From: Eledone cirrhosa
Lineage: Eukaryota
Assembly: GCA_964016885.1 (NCBI GenBank)
Contig: CAXHJY010000988.1
Coordinates: forward strand, 1-64,000
DNA: 64,000 nt
Direction: 5' to 3'
The translations under genes were made by a program, and so were the position numbers. Positions within the stretch are counted from its first letter, which is position 1. Each line of letters opens with the position of its first letter. The notes below the pieces were generated by a model, which saw only the letters and a program-made list of their open reading frames with translations, was not told the DNA's origin and ran no database searches. Shown here piece by piece: positions 41,157 through 52,310 of the stretch.

Positions 41157-41871
41157 CTAGCAGAAAACCACCCAGTGGGCGGTTTTCTGCTAGCAAATCT
41201 AGTGTATATACTGAAATTTTAATCATACCATAAGGAAATATTTTTTTATTGTCAAAACAAATGTTCAAAAGTTAAACTTCAATTTTTTTTAATTATTTCC
41301 AATTTTTTCATGAAATTGAACACTCGACATTGGCTGCTGGAAATGGAAATTAAATCGTATTTAATTGTATTTAAATTTCTAACCTTATTTTATTATTTAT
41401 ATTTTTTCAATAAGAAATAAAAAAAAACAACAACAAAAAATTGAAGAAAAAAATTGAACAAATCAAACGTAGGTTATGGAACTGCGCAATCTGATTAATA
41501 AATTACCTCATCAGCAGCAACCTTCTTCAAATGGTCCTTATTATCAGCAGCAACAACCACAAATTCAATGGCAACCTTCTTCGCATGGTGTCAAGTCAGA
41601 ACCGCCTCGAACTGGTTACTTCTGGCTTGTGCAAGGTGTCTCTATAGCAACCAGCGATTCCCTCGGCCTCAGTGACCAAAGTCAGTGGAGAGGGGAAGGT
41701 AATGTTTCTATAGCACGTGTTTTAGCGGCTATTCACTCTCTCTCTCTCTCCCTCCCGCTATCCCCCTCTCGTAGTCTGTCTCTTTCTTTCACTCTCACTC
41801 TCTCTCTACGCACGTGTTTCCATTGTCGGACAGACAGACAGAGAAATTGTTGGTTATATATTATAAGTAGA
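41157..41871 (-). mobile_element. Non-autonomous Helitron B
   Basis: Minus strand A|TCTACTTATAATATA...(TGTC)n; 3' palindrome CTAGCAGAAAACC...GGTTTTCTGCTAG ending in CTAG. Confidence 0.7.
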
Positions 41872-41885
41872 TAAATAATATAATA

Positions 41886-42220
41886 TATTTCGTTTCTGAA
41901 TTTGTTTAGCAAGATTCTTTATCTGAAAACGTGTGTTGAAACCGATATTGTTATACTTTGGGAGGGTCAACAAGATGGCGTAGGACAGAACAAAGGAGAG
42001 GCACAAAAAACAAAGAAAAGAATCCCCAGTCACTGAAGAGGTCACAGAATGTGTGACGAAAGAACTTTGACAATATATAAACAACCATCTGGTTGTGGAA
42101 CCAACCAACCGGAAATTTATAAATTCCTAAATTTATAAATTTATTATAATAAATTGAAGTGAAAGTAACTGGTGCGTGTGTTTCTTATTGGCAACATGAC
42201 CCTCCCAAAGTATAACAATA
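41886..42220 (+). mobile_element. Hammerhead-bearing fold-back element, family A, copy 3 (hammerhead 42029-42071)
   Basis: Inverted arm 41886-41968, then a monomer from AACAAGATGGCG to GTATAACAATAT. Confidence 0.85.
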
Positions 42221-42488
42221 TAATATATATTATGTATAAATAAATATTGCGTACTTTTTTATTTTACTATATTTACATATGATATGTCTCATTTGATATT
42301 CAATATACTGTTATATCATATATATATACAATAGTATAATATTATAAATAATAAATTCATTTAGTAATGTCTTTTTTTTTTTTACAGATAATGTGTTGTT
42401 TGAGGGAGATTTGACTGCTATTTTTAGCATTTTGAGCAATCACATAGAGCCCTCCCCCCACACACTTTTGAGTCAACAAGCTATGTGT

Positions 42489-42499
42489 ATCATCTTCAC

Positions 42500-42546
<47 letters not shown>

Positions 42547-43103
42547 CCATCATCATCACAATCATCATCATCATCATCATCATCATTTTACATCTTCTTT
42601 TCCCTGCTTGCAAGGGTTGGATGGGTCTTATTCAGCACAGCATCTCTCCACTTGTCACAGTCCTTCGTCATCGCCTCCGTAAGCTTCAGCAATCTAAGGT
42701 CAGCTCTCACCACCTCTGCCCATGATTTTCGTGGTCTACCTCAACTGCGTCTTCCTTCTACTGGGATTTCTTGGCACTTCTTTACCCAGCAGTCATCCTC
42801 CATGCACATCACATGTCCATACCATCATAGTCTTCTCTCCTGCACACCACAACTTATCCCTCTTATACACAGTTTCGCTCTCAACTTGTCTATGCTTGGT
42901 CATTCACGCATATCCAACGGAGCATACTTGCCTCATTTCTCCAGCCGTCGCATATCCTGTGTAGTTGCTGCCCATGTCTCACTACCACATCTCACACAGG
43001 CATCATATAACCGGCCTTTCATACGTAGGGAGAAACCCTTCTTTGTCAACAGAGGAAGCAGCTCCCTAAACCTCTTCCAACCCATCCTTATTTTAGATAC
43101 TAT
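42489..43103 (-). mobile_element. RTE subfamily-2-like 3' fragment with an expanded (GAT)n tail
   Basis: Homologous to 18823-19385. Confidence 0.88.
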
Positions 43104-43106
43104 GTA

Positions 43107-43183
<77 letters not shown>

Positions 43184-43188
<5 letters not shown>

Positions 43189-43556
43189 TAATAAAAACAA
43201 TGAATAAAAACAAAGAAACAGTTCCTTATATTAAAAAATTCATCATTTTACAATCGTTTCTAGGATATATATGTGTGTGTTGGTATGTATATCATATAGA
43301 TCTATGTAAAAATTTTACAAACTATCAGAGGGAATATACATGCCTACACATATATATGCTGTCTTCAGAAATAAGACAGCATATATATGTGTAGCTGTGT
43401 ATATTCCCTCTGATAGTTTGTAAAATTTTTACATAGATCTATATGATATACATACCAACACACACATATATATCCTAGAAACGATTGTAAAATGATGAAT
43501 TTTTTAATATAAGGAACTGTTTCTTTGTTTTTATTCATTGTTTTTATTAATTTATA
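43184..43556. mobile_element. Near-perfect ~370-bp palindrome (fold-back pLTR-like element) with a long-stem-II hammerhead on the minus strand
   Basis: ~180-bp arms around the loop CAGAAAT; minus strand TTATTT-CTGAAGA-[~115 nt]-GAAA-CGATTG-TA-AAATGA. Confidence 0.75.
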
Positions 43557-43660
43557 TATATATATATCAATCTATTAGTACAGATTAAAAGTTTAAGCAA
43601 TAAATTTCTGTATTCATCTCGGCTGTAGTTAACAAGAAATCTTTAGGATATTGTTTTTAC

Positions 43661-43815
43661 GGTGGATTGGCAGTATCGGTAGAGGGTCAGACGCCATGCT
43701 TTCCAGCATAGTTACGTCCCTTTAAGATCTGAGTTCAAATCCCGCCGACAAAATAAATTATTATTATTATGCACTGGGTAATTGCTGGCCTTGTGCCAAA
43801 AGTAGAAACAATTAT
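43661..43815 (+). mobile_element. Nin-type SINE, internally deleted
   Basis: GGTGGATTGGCAGTATCGGTAGAG...GAGTTCAAATCCCGCCGA. Confidence 0.8.
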
Positions 43816-44014
43816 TTTTACTTTTACCATCAACCAGGCTTGGATTAACCATTAAACAAAATAAACACATGATTAGAACATTAAAGGAAAAATTGGCTCC
43901 ATTTTATTCAAATTAATTGTATTTGTTATTTGTTATTCCAAAAGAATGATTGGGCTGGCAGGCGCCACTTGAATCTTTTAAGTGCTTAGGGTCTCAAAAG
44001 GACTTAACTTGACC

Positions 44015-44800
44015 CTATCTTTAACCATGTATTAGATGTGGAGATTATGCTTTCTACATGGACCATGTAGCATATTTTTTGTAACATTTTGGCTGTATTT
44101 CTGTATTCGGTAGTTCTACAGATAATATTTTACATTTTACATTTATTTTCCAGGCTATCACAGGTTATACATATCACATTCTTTTGGGCTCTAACTTATA
44201 ATCATTTTAATATGATTAACATATAACAATGAGGCATGTCATGTTTCTGAAAATATATAGTTCACATATGCCTGGCAACTTCTCTGAAAATGCCCTTTTA
44301 TAATATATCATCTAATAAATCCTTAAGTTTCATATGGAAAAATCTATTTGTTAAATTGGATTTATCAGCCACTGCTTGTCCCAAACATAGTTCATCTGTA
44401 ATTTCTATCCAGTTTAGATTGCACATGAAAGCAATAACCCCCCCCCCCCCCCCACACACACACACATTTTTCTGACTTTCGTTCAACTAGCATGGAGCTT
44501 TGGTATAATGCCTGCATCTGTTATAGGTTTCATATGAAGGTTAGGGATATAAATATTCTTTTACTAATATTCGACCTATTGGAAAACATGTAATCATAAA
44601 CAGTTTGATACAAATCAGCTCTAATTTTGTTTGTTTTTTTATTAGATATTATCCACTGTAATCTAGCTTCTTCAATTTCAGAGTACATATAATATTCTCG
44701 GCCTAAACGACCTGAGTTGTGAAGATAATTGTAATCATTTTTATATAATATAATGCTATATTTGTAATAATCCATTTGTATAATTTTCTTAGTTTTTTCA
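44015..44800 (-). pseudogene. Helitron RepHel remnant (Rep region)
   Basis: GRLGREYY...IEEARLQWI...IRADLYQ; FMCNLNWIEI...GQAVADKSNL..RFFHMKLKDLLDDI; FQKHDMPHCY (HUH-like); MLHGPC. Confidence 0.85.
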
Positions 44801-44811
44801 TTTTTTCATTT

Positions 44812-45143
44812 TCATTTCATTTTACGTCCGCTTTTTCCCTGCTTGCAAGGGTGGGACGGGAACTGATTCTAGCTTGATTTCTACAGCTGGATTCCCTTCC
44901 TAACACCAACCTCATTTACAGTGAGTGCTGGGTGCTTTTTTGCTGTGGCACCTCCACGACCACTTTGCAGTGGAATGATATGGACCCCAATCCCTATCAT
45001 CTCATTTCTACAGCTGAGTAAACTGGAGCAATGTGAAATAAAGTGCCTTGCTCAAGGAAACAACACATCACCCGGTCTGAGAATTGAACTCACAACCTTT
45101 CGATTGCAAGGCCAATGCTCTAACCACTAAGCCATGTGCCTCC
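44812..45143 (-). mobile_element. CORE-type SINE with RTE tail
   Basis: Reverse complement of the 7954-8296 family. Confidence 0.9.
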
Positions 45144-45379
45144 ATGCTACATTATATGTTAAACTACCTTTCCATCTTCTACCATCACATGGAATAGTAA
45201 TGAAATGTTGGATGAAACAATTTGATTGTTTCAAACAAAGCTGCTCCTACAAGGGGCCATTGCTCCTCTTGTAAAATATATCTCAGGGACTTCACATTTG
45301 CATCCAATCAGTCAATATACACACTTTGATCAGTTGTATGTTGTTCCTTCCTCTGAAGCTACTCAAGTGAGTATTAGCA

Positions 45380-45636
45380 ATCATCATCATCACCATCACC
45401 ATCATCAACATCATCATCATCACCATCATCATCACCATCATCATCATCACTATGATCATCATCATTATCACCACCACCATTATCACCACCACTACCACCA
45501 TCAACACCACCATCTCCATCATCATCATCATCACCACCATCACCACCATCATCACCACCATCATCACCATCATCATCATCATCATCACCATCACCATCAT
45601 CACCATCACCACCATCACCACCATCACCATCACCAT

Positions 45637-45680
<44 letters not shown>

Positions 45681-45780
45681 CTATGATCATCATCATTATC
45701 ACCACCACCACCACCACCACCATTATCACCACCACTACCACCATCAACACCACCATCTCCATCATCATCATCACCATCAC

Positions 45781-45822
<42 letters not shown>

Positions 45823-45880
45823 TGCCATTTAATGTCCATTTTTCCATGCTAGCATGGATCAGACAAGTTGTCCCTTTGTG
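45380..45880 (-). repeat. (CAT/CAC)n array, an expanded tail of an RTE/SINE 3' end
   Basis: Followed by TTTAATGTCCATTTTTCCATGCTAGCATGG, the reverse complement of an RTE terminus; the poly-His/Asp/Met ORFs are artefacts. Confidence 0.85.
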
Positions 45881-46133
45881 AGACACGTCAGACTATATGA
45901 CCCTATATGACCCTGTGTTACTCCTCACACAGAACTGTTTCTGGCCTCCTTTCTACAGCTGGAGGTCCTTTGTGTATTCTGGGAATAATTGAAAATGTAG
46001 TTAGACTTATCAAAGGACATATTTTGCTGCAACCTTTTAGACCTTTTGAGAAATTGCATTACAAGTGCCTAATGAAGAGCATCTTTTTGCTACAGTGAAT
46101 ATAACATTTAACACATTTTATAGATCTGACAGA

Positions 46134-46285
46134 GGCAGTGAATTGGCAGAGTTATTAGAGCATTGGATTGAACGCTCTGCAGTATATATTCCTGCTCTCT
46201 GAGTTCAATTCCTGCCGAGGTCAACTTAGCCTTTCATTCATTCAAGTTTGATATAAAAAGTACCAGTCAAGTACTGGGGTTGATT
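46134..46285 (+). mobile_element. Nin-type SINE
   Basis: GAGTTCAATTCC...GAGGTCAACTTAGCCTTTCAT...AAGTACCAG. Confidence 0.7.
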
Positions 46286-46909
46286 CTTCCTCTATATCTC
46301 TTTCTAACTTCCTTTCTCTCACTCTCTGGAAGAAGTCAGCTATATTCAGACCTGGAGAGGGATGGTCTCTGCCAGGTTTTAAAATGTCCAAGAAACGCTG
46401 TATGTCAATATGTTGTCCCTACCACTCTCTTGGGAGTTACAGTATTAGTATCAGTATAATTCTGACAGAAAGGAATATAAGTTACCTATAGTGGGTGGAA
46501 TAACCAGGGTATTTCAGAATTTAAAAAAAATAGCCTTTCTTTCATAGGGTTTTTAGTGTTTAACTGAGTAGAAGAGTCACCAATAATTAATCTGAACATT
46601 ATAAAGTCTAAATTTGCATCGAATAACCTATGTTCTATTTTTTTACCTTTTAACAAGCCAGGTTGGCAGCTATAAAATGGCTGTCAACAATACAGAAAAC
46701 AATCATCGACCAAATACTTCCATGCTACAACATAAGATCTAACTGACAGCTGCCTACAAGGAAAATTTAACCCAATTCTACATGGCAGAAAACTTTTCCA
46801 GCAATGGGCTGTCAATTCACACTTGCAGATGGAAGCTAACTATTTGAACTTTGTAAGAAATCAGTAGCAAAAGCTGAAAGTCAAGCAATATCAAGGTCTC
46901 ATGACTCAT

Positions 46910-47138
46910 TTAACCCTTTAGCATTTAAACTGGCCGTATTCTGCCAGAATTCTCTCACCTCTTTCTGTTCAAACCAGCTGTAACTGACAACTCATACTGA
47001 TGCTAAGGTATTATTCTCAAAAAAAGTAATATAAAAATCTCATAGATTCGATATTATGTGAGATAATTATGTGAGGTAAAGCCTTTACTGTGAAAATATA
47101 ATAATATATATAGAGTAATGTAAATGCTAAAGGGTTAA
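46910..47138. mobile_element. piggyBac MITE P1 inserted in the Helitron Rep
   Basis: TTAA|CCCTTTAGCATTTA...TAAATGCTAAAGGG|TTAA; the Rep reading frame resumes across it. Confidence 0.9.
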
Positions 47139-47332
47139 ATAATATTGCAAACATCAATGCAAGGTAAATTAGCCAAACTGTAATTTTACCATGTGTGTTT
47201 CCAAAGCTCACCATGAAATATAAGAAAAGAATGTCATGATGTTATGGTTATTGTAATAAAATACAGCCATTCTCACACCTTCACCAGTATCACCTGCAAT
47301 GCTAACTGGCCTCAAATATCTGAGAACTTTTT

Positions 47333-47452
47333 TCTCAGCCAAACCAGACCAGCCAGACCAGATCTCAGCCAAACCACACCAGCCAGACCAGATCTCAGCC
47401 AAACCACACCAGCCAGACCAGATCTCAGCCAAACCACACCAACCAGACCAGA
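47333..47452 (+). repeat. 30-bp tandem repeat x4 within the Helitron Rep
   Basis: TCTCAGCCAAACCACACCAGCCAGACCAGA, which encodes SQTTPARPDL. Confidence 0.9.
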
Positions 47453-48099
47453 TTTTAGTTGTGAGGATTTTCCAAATTTGAAACTGCAAGCTATATTGAA
47501 TATTTAAAACACAACAAGCATTTTAAGGTTTTATCACCTAAAATAAGGGTTAGCCTTGCAGGCCCCATGACAAGTTTCTCCACTTGACCCTATTGTCTAC
47601 ATCTCCCCAACCCCTAGCTTTCATTTTCACTTCCATCCTTTTTAGCCATGTATTTCTTGGTTTTCTCCTTTCATCACACTTCTCACCCAGTCACTTCGAT
47701 CCTTCCTCAACAGATGACCCAATCATCTCATTCCATTTCTCTTGACAACACCTGAAATTCACCCCCACCCCCTCTCTCTCTGTGGTATTGGATATTACAA
47801 AGAAGGAAATATTTGAAAAACACTTAACTTCCTTTAAATGATGGAGTTTTCTTTACAAACAAAACAAAAAGTATCTTTCTGCATGCAGCTTTCTAATTAT
47901 ACATCTAGATAGAACTCACCTCAATGGCACTGAAAACCAGATAATAGGTATGTTCTACCATAAAATAAGTTTTCATACCTAAAATATAGCTGCCATATTA
48001 ATGTAGAAATCTGCTCACCAGTCATATCTCTCGAATATATATTTAACTCTTAACATCCTGTAATGATTCAGTAGAAAATATCTAAAAATGTAAATTACA

Positions 48100-48773
48100 T
48101 TTAGCCAGATTTCTCTCACCTCTTTCTGTTAAAACTGGCTGTAACCAGCTTCTCATACTGATGTTAAGATGTTGTTCTCAAAATAAATAATACCAAAATC
48201 TCATAGACTCAATATTATGTGAGATAATTATGTGAGGTAAAGCCTTTACTGTGAAAATACAATAGTATATATAGAGTAATGTAAATGTTATGTGAGATAT
48301 TATGTGAGGTAAAGCCTTTACCATGAAAATACAATAGTAAATAGAGTAATGTAAATATTATGTGAGATATTATGTGAGGTAAAGCCTTTACTGTGAAAAT
48401 ACAATAGTATATATAGAGTAATGTAAATTCTATGTGGGATACTATGTGAGGTAAAGCCTTTACTGTGAAAATACAATAATATATATAGAGTAATGTAAAT
48501 GTTATGTGAGATATTATGTGAGGTAAAGCCTTTACTGCGCAAATACAATAGTATATATAGAGTAATGTAAATGTTATGTGAGATATTATGTGAGGTAAAG
48601 CCTTTACTGCGAAAATACAACAGCATATATAGAGTAATGTAAATGCTAAAAGGCTAATGCCAATCACATTTACAGTGTGGACTGGGTGTTTTTTGTTGTG
48701 TCACCAACACAACTACTTTACAGTTTGAAAATATAATAATAAATATAGAGTAATGTAAATACTAAAGGGTTAA
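48100..48773. mobile_element. piggyBac MITE P1 with a ~72-bp internal tandem repeat (~6 units, 48216-48645)
   Basis: Repeated TATGTGAGGTAAAGCCTTTAC...AGAGTAATGTAAAT; ends ACTAAAGGG|TTAA. Confidence 0.85.
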
Positions 48774-49279
48774 TTCATATGTTCAAAATATCTTTACTAG
48801 AGGAAAGATCATTGTAAACATTTGCAGTATTAGAATAAAGTTTAATTTTTAATATGATGCACTGGTAGTAATGTTTTATGTGTTTCTTTAAGAATGTCTT
48901 GCTAATGTAAAGAGAATGTTAAGAGTTAAGTCTTTATACAAAGTATAAGATTCTATTCATCTTAATATTGAAGAAATTGTGAAGCCATTCACAATGAAAT
49001 TAACCAGCATGCTAATGTTCTATATGTTAGTGTTCCAGAAGGCATGTGGCAGCTACTGAATTGCAAAATGCATGATAAATCGCATGCTGTCATTTGCTTA
49101 GCGGTGCATTTACATATATAACAATTGGTGTGTTACATCTAAGATGAGATACAGGTTTTGGATAGAGTACAAAGAGAAACTACACATTTCACTGCACAGT
49201 TCACACTCAACCAGACTGATAGAAATACCAAAGAAATCCCCCCGATATTCCCTATAATTAATTATTTTGTTTAAAACAT

Positions 49280-49560
49280 TTAACCTGTTGACTGCCATAT
49301 ATATTTTACACAGCTACAGTTGCTGTGCCATTTTTTTTTCTTCCACTAAAATAACTATTTTTTAAACAAACATTTATTAACAACACATATCTGAATGATT
49401 GACAAACATCACATCAATAAACTAGTAACCCCATCTAGCTTTGAAGTGATGAACTATTGGAAAAGAGTTCAAACATGTTAAGGCGAGTTATCTTGTCTGT
49501 GGCACTGGAGTGTATACATGTTAGGACGAGTTATCTCGTCTACGGCACTGAAGAGGTCAA
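49280..49560. mobile_element. piggyBac-type MITE family P2
   Basis: TTAA|CCTGTTGACTGCC...GGCACTGAAGAGG|TCAA; inverse copy at 59212-59438. Confidence 0.75.
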
Positions 49561-51042
49561 AATAAAATATTAAAATAACAATATGGAAACTATGTTAGAA
49601 AGGAGTGAGGCAAGGTTATATACAAATTGCATTCAGTAAAGATAGTGAAATATTTCATATCAGACTTATTGTTGCTTCACATTAGAAGAGCTCTCAGTTT
49701 TGGGGACTTTTGTGCTGTTGGACTATGAAATACTTCAAAAACGCTGCAGAACAAAGAAACCTGCCTGAAAAGGATGAATGACAGTGATAGATGACAGAAA
49801 CATCATTAGTCCAATTACCTTCACAGCCAGAACAACAATATCGTCTGATTTATACCTTGAATGTAGCAATTCAGCATAATTCTATTGAATTTTAGACAAG
49901 TGATTCAAGAGACATAACTATTGAAAACATTGTGAGAAATGTTGAACTCTGTCAATACATGGATTCTTATAACCTTAGATTTCCTCTCCAAATCTTTTAC
50001 TATATTATGAAATAAATTAAAATAATAACATTGGAATTCTACAAAATATTCACAGGGGTTTGGCAAGTTTAATTGAAATGCAACAAGTACTTCAGCAAGT
50101 ACTTTCTTTAGTTGGAGACCCAGTAGCACAACACCATTTTATTTTTAGATGGTTCAGGTTGTCTGGGAGAACATATCTATATGAACATCATTAATTCATT
50201 TTCTTAACAATAAAAAAAAATCAGCTCTTTCTTATGTCACCACAAGCATTGCAGAAGACATAGCAGTTTTAGGGTATCTGTAACTATACTGGAAGCAGCT
50301 GTCTTCCACTTGAAAATATCCTCTAAGGAGTATAAAATATATAAGCTTCTGAACTTCTCATTATAGATGATTATTCAATGCTATACTGCTAAAAGCAATT
50401 TATGCATTGTATTTGACCCTTTGGTTGTAATAGATTTTTGTTATGAGATGTCCACCAAACTGTTCCTGTGAACCCAGGAGGTTCTAAAGCTGTTATTACT
50501 GAACATTGAATTGAATCATCTTAGCTTTGGTCTTGTGTAAAATTATTAAGCTTATCAGAATATATAAGGATCACCAGGCAAGGGGAATTTAATAGATTAA
50601 TGCACGATGTTGGAAATGGCGTACTAAGAAATGAATATGAACTGGAAGAAAATCTAATAGAGAAACCTCCTGAACTAATATTAGGTCAATGGAGAATTAT
50701 TATTAGAAGCATATTGGAAGATTCACTCGACATCTCAAGTGAATCAATTGAAAGTGTATCATCAAAAGTAAAATTAACTTCTAAAAATGTAGAAGCTTTC
50801 AAACTGAACAATGACATTCTTTCATTTACTGCATAGAGATCTCTCTTCCACATATGATACTTGAGACAACATGCAACACATGCTTTAAAAAATAAGGGAA
50901 AACCAACCCAACTCAACACAGTAAACCCTGAGGCATATCTCACACACGATATCTGAGACAAGATTCAACATGTGTCTAAAAACATAAGGAAATCGCTGGG
51001 AACTACAAAGCAAACCATTAAATATAAACAGAACAGCATAAT

Positions 51043-51275
51043 TTAACCCTTTACCATTTACATTACTCCATATATACTAATGTATTTTTGCAGTAAACAC
51101 TTTACCTCACATAATTATCTCACATAATATCTAATCTACAAGATTTTGATGTTATATATTTTGAGAAAAATACCTTAACATCAGTATGAGTGGCTGGTTA
51201 AGGCCAGTTTGAACAGAAAGAGGTGAGAGAATGAATTCTGGCCGGATATGACCGGTTTAAATGCTAAAGGATTAA
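51043..51275. mobile_element. piggyBac MITE P1
   Basis: TTAA|CCCTTTACCATTTA...TAAATGCTAAAGGA|TTAA. Confidence 0.85.
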
Positions 51276-51950
51276 CTTAGAACCGCAGCTGCAACAACAC
51301 TAACAACTCAGCTGGTCTCTCATTTGTAGGTTCTTCCAATAACTTTAGGGTCTCCCATACTTTTTTTTAAAAAACTTTCTTTATTTTTATTCATTTATTT
51401 TTGTACACTTCAAAATTCGTTTTTTTGTTTTGTTTTGTTTTTTTCCAGTTCTGATTCTCTCTCTTCATTTGACTTCTATTGAATCTACCTATCTATCGAT
51501 TTCTCTCCTTCTCTCCTCTTCATTCTCTATCTATTTCTCCATCTCTCTCTTTATATATATATATAAATAAAATTAGAATTTGATTTCTTGCTCAGGCATA
51601 GCAGATTACATAAATGTAAGTAGGGGTTATATCGAATAATAATAATAATATTTGATCCATTTACAAGCAAACAGCCTTACTAAGCTATGCTGTGATGGCT
51701 ATCACCATGTTTGTTCAAGAGTAGCATAGAGGAACAATCAACATGTTTCTGGGTCATTACCCTTCATGAGGACTGAATACCTCTCTGCTACTCGATTGAA
51801 CTGTTGAAAATATATAGTATTTTCTAAAGTATACATCAGCTGGTTAGCCTCATTTGCATACTGAGCAATTTTACGACTGGCCTTGCTGAAATAAATTTAG
51901 AATTTTATTTCTCGCTCTAGCAGATTACATAAAGTATGGGTTATATTGAA

Positions 51951-52141
51951 TAATAATTGTTTTTACTTTTGGCACAAGACCAGCAATTACCCCAGTGCAT
52001 TACTGGTACTTTATTTTATCCACCCCGTAAGGATGAAAGGCAAAGTTAACCTCGGCGGGATTTGAACTCAGAATGGCAAGGGCCGTAACTCTAATCGTCA
52101 AAGCATGGCGTCTGACACTCTACCGATTACTGCCAATCCAC
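51951..52141 (-). mobile_element. Nin-type SINE, near full length
   Basis: Closely matches 63041-63225. Confidence 0.88.
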
Positions 52142-52310
52142 AATATTTGATCTGTTTACAAACGGCCTTACTATATATTCTCACTACATGTAATTTTCTG
52201 CTTTTATCTCCTACATCCCACTCTCTCATCCCCCCCCCCCCCCACCTCCTTTCCCTTATCTCTACAGTCGCTTAGCAAGTTTCTCAGAGTGTACTTTGCA
52301 TCTTTTACAC

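Larger units (their letters stand above)
38053..42322. mobile_element. hAT/Charlie-like MITE split by nested insertions (pieces 38053-38196 and ~42228-42322)
   Basis: CAGAGGTTCTCAA terminus; the pieces are reverse-complement homologues of 56470-56601 and 52380-52472. Confidence 0.7.
45150..50830 (+). pseudogene. Second Helitron RepHel fossil (Rep and N-terminal PIF1 helicase), heavily interrupted
   Basis: In order: HLHP...FDQLYV; FNPILHGRKLFQQWAV...YQGLMTHL; VILP; TCNANWPQI...RPDL; NEINQH...YVSVPEGMWQL...LAVHL; LLLLHIRRALSF; FLDGSG (Walker A remnant); LLIIDD; DVHQTVPV; DVGNG; LTSKN...LNNDIL. Confidence 0.85.

Noticed and set aside
45226-45886. Poly-His, poly-Asp or poly-Met proteins
   Set aside because: Expanded (CAT)n retroelement tail inserted in a Helitron fossil.
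51815-51845. Further hammerhead-like words (also at ~12238 and ~60745)
   Set aside because: Core incomplete and no convincing stem I or stem II.
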